A DNA stretch of 63,230 nt, counting the filler, from an uncultured Methanosarcinales archaeon (GTDB taxonomy: Archaea > Nanobdellota > Nanobdellia > Woesearchaeales > CAYXTQ01): assembly GCA_964608065.1 (NCBI GenBank). It is 22 parts of 22 records of this genome, joined end to end, with 100 filler letters (N's around TTAATTAATTAA, not from the genome) between each part and the next. Parts side by side here need not be neighbours in the genome. Positions count along the whole stretch, not along the records: positions 20,764 to 23,768 come from CAZSMA010000111.1; positions 23,869 to 26,857 come from CAZSMA010000112.1; positions 26,958 to 29,924 come from CAZSMA010000113.1; positions 30,025 to 32,948 come from CAZSMA010000114.1; 18 more parts are not named here. One strand, given 5' to 3'. Shown one piece after another: positions 20,764-31,521 of the stretch; the stretch's first letter is position 1; each line of letters begins with the position of its first letter. Under the pieces are notes generated by a model that searched no databases, was not told the DNA's origin, and was given only the letters and a program-made list of their open reading frames with translations. Both the position numbers and the translations under genes were made by a program.

Positions 20764-21324
20764 CTCCTTAAAAAACATGATTACTATGATTCAATTAAGG
20801 ATAGGACCGAAACTCTCCTCCTAGGCAAAGTAAAAAATAAAGAAATATTGGACATTGGTGCTGGAGAAGGTTATTTGGCAATTTTAGCAGCAAAAAACTT
20901 CAACTGCAAGGTTACAACAATAGATATATCAGAAGAAAAAATCAATACTGCAAAAAAAAATGCAGGAAAAGAAGGTGTTCTAGATAAAATTAAATTTAAA
21001 TTAAATAATGCCATGAATATCTCTTTTAAGAAAAACAGCTTTAATGCTGCTGTCTCATTTAATGCACTGCACCATAATAAAGGGGATTATGAAAAAATAG
21101 TTAAGGAGATGTTTAGAGTTGCAAAAAATACAGTAGTTATTACAGAATTAAATGAGGCTGGAGCAAGGGTTTTTGATGAATATCTTCATCCAGAAGCTAA
21201 TCATACAGAGATGGCTATTGATTTAAAAGAACTAGAAGATAAACTAAAACAATACTCTAAAGTAAAAAGATTCGATAGAAAACTAATGAGTACTTTTGTT
21301 TGTAAGAAAGAAAGAAAAAAATAA
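20764..21324 (+). CDS. Class I SAM-dependent methyltransferase, 5' partial
   Basis: LDIGAGEG, IDIS, NALHH; frame open to the contig start. Confidence 0.85.
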   Translation, partial: LLKKHDYYDSIKDRTETLLLGKVKNKEILDIGAGEGYLAILAAKNFNCKVTTIDISEEKINTAKKNAGKEGVLDKIKFKLNNAMNISFKKNSFNAAVSFNALHHNKGDYEKIVKEMFRVAKNTVVITELNEAGARVFDEYLHPEANHTEMAIDLKELEDKLKQYSKVKRFDRKLMSTFVCKKERKK

Positions 21325-21330
21325 AAAAAA

Positions 21331-21927
21331 ATGTTAAAAAACATAATTAAAGAATTAAAACAACACTCTCCATTTACATTATTTGGAGCTATAACTGGAA
21401 TCGTCATAATGCTTTTTTTTTATAAGATTCCATCTAATATGGCTTATAATATTTTCTATACATTGCATCCTATGCATGTTGTTCTAAGCGCTCTTGTTAC
21501 AGCATCTATGTATAAACGTTATGCTAAAAAAGTCAATCCATTAATATTGATTTTAATAGGTTATATTGGCTCTGTTGGAATAGCTACACTTAGTGATTCA
21601 ATAATCCCATATATTGGAGAGATTTTGCTTGACCTTCCAAATAAAGGGATTCATCTGGGATTTATAGAAAAATGGTGGTTAGTAAACCCTCTTGCATTTT
21701 TAGGTATTGCAATAGCTTACTTTAATCCAAAAACAAAGTTTCCTCATGCAGGACATGTTCTACTAAGCACTTGGGCATCATTATTCCATGTTATCATGGC
21801 TTTAGACGGTGTAATTGGATTTAGTCTTATATTTATTGTATTTATATTCCTATTTATTGCAGTATTAATACCTTGTTGTGTGAGTGATATTATATTTCCG
21901 CTTTTATTCGTTAAAAAGCTAAAGTGA
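21331..21927 (+). CDS. Membrane protein with conserved His/Cys (possible metal handling)
   Basis: HSPFT, HPMHV, PHAGHV, PCCVSD within TM segments. Confidence 0.7.
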   Translation: MLKNIIKELKQHSPFTLFGAITGIVIMLFFYKIPSNMAYNIFYTLHPMHVVLSALVTASMYKRYAKKVNPLILILIGYIGSVGIATLSDSIIPYIGEILLDLPNKGIHLGFIEKWWLVNPLAFLGIAIAYFNPKTKFPHAGHVLLSTWASLFHVIMALDGVIGFSLIFIVFIFLFIAVLIPCCVSDIIFPLLFVKKLK

Positions 21928-21969
21928 TAAAAAAAAATATGCATGAAACAAAATTAGAAGGTCAAAAAT

Positions 21970-22799
21970 ATGATAATAGGAGTTACAGGCGGAAAAGGTG
22001 GAACCGGAAAAAGTACAGTAGCTACAGCTTTGGCTTTTGAGCTATCTAAAAAAAATAAAGTTTTACTTGTAGATGCCGATGCAGATTGCCCTAATGATCA
22101 TCTGATTTTAGGCATAGAAAGGAAATTAGTGAAGAAGGTGTATCAGAGAGTGCCTAAATGGGATTTTGAGAAATGTACAAAGTGCGGATTGTGTGGTAAG
22201 ATGTGTAAAACTAAAGCTATAGTTGCATTAAAAAGAAAATATCCAATTTTTATACAGCAACAATGTAATGGTTGTGGTGTTTGTGTTGTAAAGTGTCCTA
22301 GTAAATCTATAAGCTGGGATAAAAAGGTTATTGGGTATGTTTATAAAGGTAAAGGAAGAGGAATAACTCTGATTTCATCAGAATTACAGATTAATGAACC
22401 TTTGTCAGAGTTTGTTGTAGATGCAGTAAAAGATATTGTAAAGGGGGGGGAAAGAATTTTGACTATATTATTGTAGATACTGCTGCAGGAACACATTGTG
22501 ATGTGATTAGTGCTTTACAAGGTTGTGATTTTGCATTAGCGGTTACAGAACCAACACCTTTAGGAGCACATGATCTTGAGTTAATTATGAAATTGATTAC
22601 TAAGTTAAAAATACCTTTTGAAGTTATTGTTAATATGTACCAAAAGAAAAATGAGCATTTAGTAAAAAAAAATATTGATAAGTACAATAAAAGAATTTTA
22701 GCTAAGATTCCTTATAAAAAGGAAATTATGGAAGCCTATTCAAAAGGAAAACCGATACAAGATAAAAGTATAGGTAAAATTATAAATTATCTGAAATGA
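21970..22799 (+). pseudogene. MinD-type P-loop ATPase with inserted ferredoxin domain (COG1149-like), frameshifted at a G8 tract
   Basis: GGKGGTGKS, DADCPN and two 4Fe-4S motifs in frame 0; IIVDTAAGTHCDV..VTEPTP continues in the -1 frame after the Gs at 22443-22450. Confidence 0.85.
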
Positions 22800-23665
22800 A
22801 AACTATAACAATTTTATCAGGAAAAGGTGGAGTAGGTAAAAGCAGTATAGCTGCTTCATTAGCAATAGCTTTATCAAAGAAAAGAAAAATAATATGTGCT
22901 GATTGTGATGTTGATGCTTCTAATTTAGCTTTGGTTTTTGGGTTAAAGGATTTTAAAGAATGGAAACCAATTACAACTAATGAGAAAGCAAAAATTGATT
23001 ATAAAAAGTGTAATAAATGCAGAAAATGTGTTAAAGCTTGTTATTTTAATGCAATAAGTTTGGATAAGGGCAAACCAATAATGAAGGAATTTGGTTGTGA
23101 GGGTTGTGGTTTATGTAAAATAATATGTCCTGAAAATGCTATAAAATTGTATAATGTTTATAATGCAAAGATTGGTTATGGTAAAACAAAGTATGGCTTT
23201 AAGGTTGTAGCAGGACAATTGAAAATGGGTGAGTCTGGTTCTGGTAAAATAGTAGCAGCTGTTAAAGAATTGGCTAGAACGAAAAGCGAAAATGCAGAAA
23301 TTATGATAGTAGATGCTGCAGCTGGAATTGGGTGTCCTGTAATTGCTTCTGTTAGTGGAAGTAGTTATGTTGTTGCTGTTACTGAGCCAACACCTTCTGG
23401 ATTTTCTGATTTAAATAGAGCTTTACAAATGGTAAATTTTTTTAATATCCCATATGGGATTATAATAAATAAATTTGATTTAAATTTAAAGTCTACAAAG
23501 GAGATTGAAGATTATGCAAAAAGAAAAAAAATAAAAATTTTAGCAAAGATTCCATATGATAAAAGTTTTACAGATGCACTTGTTAATTTAACTCCAATTA
23601 TTATATATAATAGGAAATACGAGAGACTATTCAATGGAATTGCTGAATGGGTACTAAAACAATAA
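22796..23665 (+). CDS. MinD-type P-loop ATPase with inserted ferredoxin domain (COG1149-like)
   Basis: SGKGGVGKS, DCDVDASN, CxxCxxCxxxC motifs, DAAAGIGCPV, VTEPT. Confidence 0.9.
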   Translation: MKTITILSGKGGVGKSSIAASLAIALSKKRKIICADCDVDASNLALVFGLKDFKEWKPITTNEKAKIDYKKCNKCRKCVKACYFNAISLDKGKPIMKEFGCEGCGLCKIICPENAIKLYNVYNAKIGYGKTKYGFKVVAGQLKMGESGSGKIVAAVKELARTKSENAEIMIVDAAAGIGCPVIASVSGSSYVVAVTEPTPSGFSDLNRALQMVNFFNIPYGIIINKFDLNLKSTKEIEDYAKRKKIKILAKIPYDKSFTDALVNLTPIIIYNRKYERLFNGIAEWVLKQ

Positions 23666-23713
23666 CAATAAAATAGAAAAGAATAAAAAAAGCAAAGAAT
23701 ATCATAACTAAAT

Positions 23714-23768
23714 ATGCCAAGACCTAGAAGATGTAGAAGGGTTTTTTGCAAACCTAATGTAAACTATT
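23714..23768 (+). CDS. DUF134 (UPF0251) protein N-terminus, truncated at contig end
   Basis: MPRPRRCRRVFCKPNVNY; usual neighbour of COG1149 pairs. Confidence 0.75.
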
Positions 23769-23924
23769 NNNNNNNNNNNNNNNNNNNNNNNNNNNNNNNN
23801 NNNNNNNNNNNNTTAATTAATTAANNNNNNNNNNNNNNNNNNNNNNNNNNNNNNNNNNNNNNNNNNNNAAATCAAAATCTTTTAATATATTCATATTATT
23901 TTTTAAATTAACTAATAATTTTTT

Positions 23925-26684
23925 TTAAAAATCACTGAAATCTTCAATATTTGTTTTTTCCAAAAATCCACTTAATGCCTCTTGATCTATTATTCTAATT
24001 TCTGGATTTATCAAATACATCGCCAACCAAATCAATAAAACAATACCAGCAAGAATTTTTCCTCTTCTTTTTTTCCCTTTAACAAAACTTATAATTGCTG
24101 AGATTATCAAAAACAAAACAACAAAGCCTAACAATATTTGGAATCCCAATGACCAAGAAACATTTAATCCTCTCTTTCCTTCCTTCTCTTTTGGTTCCAA
24201 AATTTTAAGCGCAACAACTTTTTCTTCATTTTCTTCTATTGTGGCTGTGATTTTTTCAACTTCACTCAAAATAGTTTCTTTAAGCTCCTGTGCTTCCTTA
24301 TTTTCAGGTTGAACTTTCGCCATAATCTGGCTTATCGTTGCTAAACTACCATACAACTGCTCATCATTTTTTGCCATATAATAATCAATGGCAATTTGTC
24401 TATCCGGGTTGTCCGCTTTTATCCCATTATCATACATCGCAGTAAAGAAATCATTTTCAAAATCGTCATCTATCTCCTGAGCATACGCTTTTTCAAAAAT
24501 AGAAGATAAATAATTTTCATCAGCTATTTCGTTTTGAGACAATGAAAATTGCATCACACTGCCAACGGTCTCGTTAACCATATTTATATTTTGGTTATAA
24601 ACTACCAACCAAGTAAACAATCTTACATTATTCAAAACAGCCGTGTTGATAACTTTATAGGCTTTATCTATACCGTCGACAACTTTGGTAACCGTCGCAT
24701 AAAATTGAGGGGCTAACATTCCGGATATTACTTTTGCACTGTTTCCTCCAACATCCAAAATCAAGTCAGAGTAAGCATTAAACATTGTTATATTATATTC
24801 TCTTTCGTGTTGGTCAAGATATTTCTGAGTAAAATTTACATAAGTCTCTCTTGAATAATCAAGGTCAATATCTATTATTGAAGTAATTATATCCCCTGTG
24901 TTTACCCTAGTTGCGACTTTATTCATCAATTCTCTGTTTTTCTTGTTGTAATAATCATTAAGTGCATTTTCAATTTTATCTCCAATACTAAAATTATCTA
25001 TAAGTGAGTTTGTGTCATCTTTTACACTTTCTTCAATTTCTCCAATTTTATCATCAATATAACCACTTAATGTTTTTGGTTCGGTGTAATCTTTAATAAA
25101 TTCTTTATAAAGATAATCAAGAATTCTCGGATCCAAATCTGGCTGTTTACTTAAAATAACGGCTCTTATTTTAATCCAATTTCTTTTTATAAAATTACCC
25201 GGCAAACTAGCTATTTCTCCTGTTAAGTCTTTAAATTCTTTCGGAGTAATTTCCAAACCTTTAGCTCCGAATTTTTTCAAAGGGCCTGTTGCTAACGAAG
25301 CAAATTTATCAACTAAACCACTTAATTCAATTATGTCACTTATAGTGTCTCCCAAAACACTTCCTATATTGTCTGAGGAATCTTCCGCTAATTCCTTACC
25401 TTGATCGATAAAGAAAAGGCTGTAGGGAACTAAAATAATTCCTGACAATAACTGTTTCATTTCATCAACATTATTTTCATCAGCTATATTTTTAGGAAAA
25501 TCATAAAGATAATTGTGGATGTTATTATCAACAATTCCAATATTATTATATTTATCCAACCCTTGCTCTCGTTTACTGGAATATTTAGTCATCAAAACCA
25601 ATTCTACTTCAACTACTTCTTCTGTTTTTCCTCCGTTATCTTCTGGTGATTTTAAAATAGCAAAACCTTCTTTATTTGTTCTTTCATACTTATTCCCATC
25701 GTCATAAATTATTTTTGAGTTAGTTACAGGATATTTTTTGTCATCAATCACAGTGTAGACTTCAACTCTTGTTGTAGGACCACTAAAAAATATTGGGGTG
25801 TTTTCAACCGAATTATACCCTGGTTTAATAACCTTCATCTTTGAACTGCTCGGTGTATAAATTTTGATACTTTGAGTTATTTTGTCTTCAACTTCTTCTT
25901 TATATTTTTTAAAATAAATATTTAAAGTTTCCGGCGAAATAGTCCCTTCAGCATCCATTAAATTTGGTGTGGTATAGGTAACTAAATAATCATTATAAGC
26001 ATCTCCTTCAACTGAAATTATTCCTCTATCTTCGCGCCCCGCTCCTACTAACTGAAATCTCAAATCAGCTGGAGTTTTATCTTTTTTGTATGTAGCAGAA
26101 ACTTCAAAAATAGTTTTTGTTGTTCCATCAGCAACCAAAGGAGGATTTAATTCACCCCTAACAATGTTGAAGTCTAAATCAATATCAATTTGCTTTATAC
26201 AAGAGCTTTTGCCATCTTTTTTTTCAAGTTCAAAACCTTCCGGGCAATAACATTGATTTTTAATTAGATTGTATAAAATTTTAGGGTCAGCTCCACAAAA
26301 TTCAGCTATATCGATACACTCAAAATCTATAAGAAGTTCTCTATTAGTACAAACCGGAGGCATTTTGCAATCACCTTCGCTCCACCTTCCTCCTTTCTCT
26401 GAGCACTTTGCTTTTTCAGCGGCAAGCCATGCATAAAAACCGTCCATAACTCGTTGATTCATCATATTTTGTTGGTCAGAATCACAACCATCTCCATGAA
26501 AAGCACATTTACAGTCTGAACCACTAATAACCGAACCACAATAATAATTTCTTACATTATCTTTATTTATAGCCTCAGCTGTCGGGGTAGACAAAAGAGG
26601 AGAAAAAATTAAAACAAAAGCTAAACAAAATATTAATATCTTATTTTTATTTTTTGAAAATTTCATATATTTATTATATCTCAT
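23925..26684 (-). CDS. Large secreted, membrane-anchored protein with Cys-rich N-terminal region
   Basis: Signal peptide ending TAEA (alternative start 26666); EGF-like CYCPEGF; two C-terminal TM helices. Confidence 0.8.
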   Translation of the reverse strand: MRYNKYMKFSKNKNKILIFCLAFVLIFSPLLSTPTAEAINKDNVRNYYCGSVISGSDCKCAFHGDGCDSDQQNMMNQRVMDGFYAWLAAEKAKCSEKGGRWSEGDCKMPPVCTNRELLIDFECIDIAEFCGADPKILYNLIKNQCYCPEGFELEKKDGKSSCIKQIDIDLDFNIVRGELNPPLVADGTTKTIFEVSATYKKDKTPADLRFQLVGAGREDRGIISVEGDAYNDYLVTYTTPNLMDAEGTISPETLNIYFKKYKEEVEDKITQSIKIYTPSSSKMKVIKPGYNSVENTPIFFSGPTTRVEVYTVIDDKKYPVTNSKIIYDDGNKYERTNKEGFAILKSPEDNGGKTEEVVEVELVLMTKYSSKREQGLDKYNNIGIVDNNIHNYLYDFPKNIADENNVDEMKQLLSGIILVPYSLFFIDQGKELAEDSSDNIGSVLGDTISDIIELSGLVDKFASLATGPLKKFGAKGLEITPKEFKDLTGEIASLPGNFIKRNWIKIRAVILSKQPDLDPRILDYLYKEFIKDYTEPKTLSGYIDDKIGEIEESVKDDTNSLIDNFSIGDKIENALNDYYNKKNRELMNKVATRVNTGDIITSIIDIDLDYSRETYVNFTQKYLDQHEREYNITMFNAYSDLILDVGGNSAKVISGMLAPQFYATVTKVVDGIDKAYKVINTAVLNNVRLFTWLVVYNQNINMVNETVGSVMQFSLSQNEIADENYLSSIFEKAYAQEIDDDFENDFFTAMYDNGIKADNPDRQIAIDYYMAKNDEQLYGSLATISQIMAKVQPENKEAQELKETILSEVEKITATIEENEEKVVALKILEPKEKEGKRGLNVSWSLGFQILLGFVVLFLIISAIISFVKGKKRRGKILAGIVLLIWLAMYLINPEIRIIDQEALSGFLEKTNIEDFSDF

Positions 26685-26957
26685 ATAAAAAATTATTGTG
26701 AAATAAAGTGTGAATTAAATTTATTTCATCTTGAAAAAGAAACTTCGTCTTTTTTTGAGGTTTTGTAAAAAATCTATTTCCTCTAGGCGGTAGAAATTAG
26801 GGTCAACCTGTTTGCCCAATATTTAAAAGGAATGAATATAATTGCCCACGGAATTACNNNNNNNNNNNNNNNNNNNNNNNNNNNNNNNNNNNNNNNNNNN
26901 NTTAATTAATTAANNNNNNNNNNNNNNNNNNNNNNNNNNNNNNNNNNNNNNNNNNNN

Positions 26958-27212
26958 GTTAAATTAGGAGAAAAAGGTTCTATAAGTTTAATAGATGGAG
27001 CTGTTTATGAGAATAAGGCAATTAAAGTTGATGCAAAGGATACATGCGGAGCAGGAGATGCATTTTTAGCAATGCTTAGTTTAGGAGATTTTAGCAGTAT
27101 GAATGAAACATTAAAGCTTGCTAATGTATGGGCTGGATTATCAACAATAAATGTTGGACCTAATCCACCTGATAAGAAAGAATTGTTAAAATATATGGAT
27201 AATTTAAAATGA
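26958..27212 (+). CDS. PfkB-family kinase C-terminus (RfaE/HldE-like), 5' partial
   Basis: Manual translation VKLGEKG...DTCGAGDAF...LANVWAGLS. Confidence 0.8.
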   Translation, partial: VKLGEKGSISLIDGAVYENKAIKVDAKDTCGAGDAFLAMLSLGDFSSMNETLKLANVWAGLSTINVGPNPPDKKELLKYMDNLK

Positions 27213-27925
27213 CATATGGATTTACTTTTCAACAGGTTAAAAAGAATAAAGGTAAACATAAAGTTAAGAAGACTAAGTATGGCTATTATACCCAAGCAGT
27301 TAACAGTCCAGATTATTCTTTAGAGCAAATTTATTTGAAGAAAGACGGAAAGCTAACAATTAAGTCTGAATATGAGAAACATCTTTTTGTTGAGGAAGGG
27401 TTAATTGTTGTAAGTAGCGGAAGTAAAGATATAAAGTTGGGTAGAGAAAAAAGTATAATGATTGTATCAGGATTGACTTATACTTTAACTGCTTTAAAGC
27501 CAAGCTATGTTTATTTGTTTTCTGGGAAAAATAAAAGCAAATCAGGAAAAGCATTGAAAGCAGGAAAAACTAAAGATTTAGAAAAAAAATATTGGGGGAC
27601 AATTGAGACAATAGTCAGCAAAGATTATACTGGCAAAAGGATATTTACCAGAAAAGGAAAGCAGAACAGTCTAGAAGTGCATTGCAATAAGCATGAAACT
27701 TATTTTGTGCATTCAGGAAGGATTAAAATTGGCATTAGAGTTGGCAGAGCTGAGAATAAATCAATAATACTGAATAAAGGAGATTTTTTTTTCGTTATTC
27801 CGGGAGTGATGCACATGAGGATTGGAATTAGAGATAGTGTTGTCATGGAAGTTTCTACAAAAGACAGTGATTCAGATTCACATATTGTTGAAGATGGAAG
27901 AAAGTATGCGCATAAAGAAGTTTAG
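27209..27925 (+). CDS. Bicupin protein (sugar isomerase/epimerase-like)
   Basis: KYWG, SLEVH..KHETYFVHSG, PGVMH, EVST. Confidence 0.75.
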   Translation: MTYGFTFQQVKKNKGKHKVKKTKYGYYTQAVNSPDYSLEQIYLKKDGKLTIKSEYEKHLFVEEGLIVVSSGSKDIKLGREKSIMIVSGLTYTLTALKPSYVYLFSGKNKSKSGKALKAGKTKDLEKKYWGTIETIVSKDYTGKRIFTRKGKQNSLEVHCNKHETYFVHSGRIKIGIRVGRAENKSIILNKGDFFFVIPGVMHMRIGIRDSVVMEVSTKDSDSDSHIVEDGRKYAHKEV

Positions 27926-27997
27926 AATTAAATTACAGCCTAAGTAACCGTAAATTATTTAATTGATAGCAGAATAATAACTGTATAGGGGGATGGA

Positions 27998-28705
27998 ATG
28001 TTAGAAGAGTTAAAAAAAAAAGTTTGTACTGCTAATAAAGAGTTGTTTAAGAATAATCTGGTTACTTTTAGCTGGGGCAATGTCAGTGGAATAGATCGTG
28101 AGAAAAATCTTATAGCAGTAAAAGCAAGCGGCGTTAGTCTTAAGGATTTATCTCCAGAGGATATTGTTATTGTTGATATGGAAGGAAAGGTTATTGAGGG
28201 AGATAAAAAACCCAGTGTAGATATAGATGCACATTTGGTTCTTTACAAGAATTTTGAAAATATAAAATCAGTTGTCCATGCGCATTCAACGTATCTTACA
28301 ATACATGCTCAGGCAAAAAAACCGATTTTATGCTTAGGGACAACACATGCTGATTATTTTTATGGAAAGGTTCCTGTAAGCAGGGATTTGAGTGATGAAG
28401 AAATAAATAATGGTTATGAAGCTAATACAGGCAAAGCAATAGTGGAGACTTTGGGGAAAAACAAACTTAATCCTGATTATTGCAGAGCATGCCTAGTTGC
28501 TTCGCATGGTCCTTTTGTATGGGGTGATTCTGTTCAGAATGCATTGCAGAATGCTGTTGCTTTAGAGCAGATTGCTAAAATGAATCTGCACGCATTGAAG
28601 CTGAATCCTGCTACTGAGGAAATTCCTAAAGTACTTTTAGATAAACATTTCCTGAGAAAGCACGGGAAGAATGCATATTATGGGCAGAAATCTGATGATA
28701 ACTAA
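27998..28705 (+). CDS. araD: L-ribulose-5-phosphate 4-epimerase
   Basis: WGNVSGIDR, KPSVD, VVHAHS, GTTHADYFYG, HGPFVWG, DKHFLRKHGKNAYYGQ. Confidence 0.95.
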   Translation: MLEELKKKVCTANKELFKNNLVTFSWGNVSGIDREKNLIAVKASGVSLKDLSPEDIVIVDMEGKVIEGDKKPSVDIDAHLVLYKNFENIKSVVHAHSTYLTIHAQAKKPILCLGTTHADYFYGKVPVSRDLSDEEINNGYEANTGKAIVETLGKNKLNPDYCRACLVASHGPFVWGDSVQNALQNAVALEQIAKMNLHALKLNPATEEIPKVLLDKHFLRKHGKNAYYGQKSDDN

Positions 28706-29924
28706 GATTTTCTTTTTCTTATTAATATGATTATGAAGATGTTTATACTGAACAAAATAACAGCAATAAATAGTAATAATTTTTCATAAAATCTTTTCTG
28801 GAATTTGTATTCTATAAAGTGTTCGCCTTCTGGGACCAGGACTGCGTTGAAATATGGGCTTACTTTGAGGTTTTTTGCAGGAATGTTATTGATATAAACA
28901 TTCCAGTTAGGAGCATATGCTTTTTTTAGGAACAATAATCTTGGATTTTCTGTAGATACTTGTGCTGAATAATAGTTTATTTTGTTTTTTATTTCTTTGA
29001 TTTCAAATGAACCTTCAACAATATCTTCATTTAAGTCTATATCCTCTCCAAATTCAATTGGGTTGAAGATTTTAGAATTTTCTATATCAAAAGGGCTTAT
29101 AACCTTGATTTCTTTTAAAATCAGTTTTCTTAGGGCGCTTTCATCTTTTTGATTAAGATTTTTCTTAAAATATAGGAGTTGGTTAGTGTCAACATGTTTA
29201 ATCAGGTCAGGGTCTAAATTATAACTATAAACTAAAATAGGTAAAATTTTGTTTTCGTATGAGTTAATCCATCTTTCTTCCAATGATATTAGGTCATTAT
29301 AATCTTCGACAACAGCTAAAATTGGTTTGTAAGTACTGAATTGGAATATATCAGATTCAATTGTATTTTTGTAGAGCAGATAATTATCTGTTTCACCTGC
29401 TAATTTCACTGAATGGGGGATTAAGCTTTGATTAAATAATCTTGATGTTATTATGTAATCTATGTCAAACAAATTTAACCAGTTTTCAGAGCTGAAGATC
29501 TGGACAGTGGTAGAGCGGGTTAGTGCTGGAACATTTTTTAGAAAAGCGTCTCTTTCTGTAGCAACATCAGAATAAATAGTGTTTCCAAATCTTTTTGGAA
29601 TGTTTTCGATTACATACTTGTCTGTGTTTATGAAACTCATCTCTTTTTCATAAGCTATTATTGAGTTGTGTAAATTATTTTCTTTTATCAAAGATATTGG
29701 TTCTTCTGTTACAATAGGTTCTCTGAATGCGACTATATGTTTTGCAGTTTGATACCTGTCATTAATAGGAGATGCTAATATGATAAATATCAATATAGTA
29801 AATAAAGGGATGTAGATTTTCTTTTTTGTTTTTTTGGATATTATATTTACAATCCAATATAAAGAATAGGCTGCAATTATTATTACAGCTAAGTTAAATG
29901 TGTAAATGAATTTTATATACTGCA
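28702..29924 (-). CDS. YfhO-like membrane protein C-terminal part, 5' partial
   Basis: AYAPNWNVYIN...FNAVLVPEGEHFIEYKF followed by a TM helix. Confidence 0.7.
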
Positions 29925-30086
29925 NNNNNNNNNNNNNNNNNNNNNNNNNNNNNNNNNNNNNNNNNNNNTTAATTAATTAANNNNNNNNNNNNNNNNNNNN
30001 NNNNNNNNNNNNNNNNNNNNNNNNAATTTTCCAAGAGGGCTTTTTTATTTCTAACCCTTAAATAGTGGAGGTGTAAAAACAAATTC

Positions 30087-30284
30087 TTGGCTGGTTTTAT
30101 AAATGGAACATTATTCATAATTATTAGTATTATTATTGGAAGAATCTTATCAAATGTGATGACTAATAAATTGCCAAGTAATCTTAATGCTCCATTGATA
30201 GTATCAAGTTCGGTTATTACCCTTATTCTATTGTTTTTCTGGGCAAAACTTCTCTTTAAGCTATATAAAGAAATAAGAGCTTAA
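30087..30284 (+). CDS. Small membrane protein (probably 5' partial)
   Basis: Two hydrophobic helices near the contig start. Confidence 0.4.
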   Translation: MAGFINGTLFIIISIIIGRILSNVMTNKLPSNLNAPLIVSSSVITLILLFFWAKLLFKLYKEIRA

Positions 30285-30403
30285 ATTCATCAAGATACAA
30301 CTCAACCACTTAAAGATGTCAAACAGTTTTAGAGTTTTACATCTTTTCCCTTGTATTGCTAAAGAAGGAAGTTTAATAAATAAATCTCGCCTCGAGAATT
30401 GTA

Positions 30404-31120
30404 ATGAAAATCAAGGAATTAGATAAGTGGTTCTCAAGCAAAGAATATGACCCTGAAAATAAAGAATTAATGAGTATATTAAAATTAGGAAAAGTGAAGG
30501 GGAAAAAGGTATTGGTGATTGAATCATATGGTTTATTATTTATTTCTAATAAAATTTCAAAGTATGCTGAGTCAATTGTATGTGTTCATAATAATAAAAA
30601 AGTTGTGAATTATTGTAAAAAGAAAAATAATAAGATTTGTTTTTGTATAGGAAAGATTGCCGATCTAACCTTTCCAGATAAAGAGTTTGATACTATAATT
30701 TCCCCATGGGCTGGACTACATTATTTAAAAAATAAAGTTGCAGTGATTAAAGAATTAAGAAGAGTCTTAAAAGATGATGGCATTCTGTTAATTGAAGAAT
30801 CTGATGAGACAAGTGAGTATGTTAAAATTCTAAATTTAATTGCTCCTCTGAAACAAATAAAAATAAGAAAGAAAAGAAATGAGTTGGAGGATATTTTGAG
30901 AAGATATTTCAGAGTTAATAAGAGTAAGTTAACAACCCATTATTACTTCAAGAACAACCTTCAGATTAAAGAATATTTTAAAAAAGAGTTTGTGTTTGAT
31001 GAAAAAAAAATATTTACAAAAAAAATGGATAAGAAATTAGCTGGATATCTTTCTAAAAAAAATACGTTGAAAATCGAAGAAAAATCTTTTTTCTTTGTTT
31101 GTAAAAAAAGGAAGGAATAG
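30404..31120 (+). CDS. Class I SAM methyltransferase-like protein (degenerate motif I)
   Basis: LTFPDKEFDTI, GLHYL, ELRRVLKDDG; motif I reads IESYG rather than DxGxG. Confidence 0.7.
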   Translation: MKIKELDKWFSSKEYDPENKELMSILKLGKVKGKKVLVIESYGLLFISNKISKYAESIVCVHNNKKVVNYCKKKNNKICFCIGKIADLTFPDKEFDTIISPWAGLHYLKNKVAVIKELRRVLKDDGILLIEESDETSEYVKILNLIAPLKQIKIRKKRNELEDILRRYFRVNKSKLTTHYYFKNNLQIKEYFKKEFVFDEKKIFTKKMDKKLAGYLSKKNTLKIEEKSFFFVCKKRKE

Positions 31121-31269
31121 TTTTACCATTTTAGTTTCCTGTTTTTATATCGCATCAAAACATATATATTTCTTAATTTATTGAGCTGGAATTTTAGACA
31201 CACTCATTGATGAGTAAATTATTTAAACTATGAAAGTTGATATTTACACATGGATAATGGTGGAAGAAA

Positions 31270-31521
31270 ATGATACATTATAGGAATTTTGATATACTTA
31301 AAAAATATTTGACAGGCAATGTAATTGATGCGGCAGATAAAGAAGATATTTATGAACTTATGTCCGTAGGATTAGCTCGTATAGGTTTTATTACCATCGA
31401 TGATAAGGTAAAGGAAACCGCGGTGCTTACTTCTCTTGGTAGAGATATATGCAAAAGAGAAAAAATATTAAGGAATCCCTTTAAAAGATTTTTCTATTCA
31501 CTTGCAAACTCGACCTATTAA
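31270..31521 (+). CDS. Hypothetical protein
   Basis: 83-aa ORF with a wHTH-like LTSLGR end. Confidence 0.5.
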   Translation: MIHYRNFDILKKYLTGNVIDAADKEDIYELMSVGLARIGFITIDDKVKETAVLTSLGRDICKREKILRNPFKRFFYSLANSTY

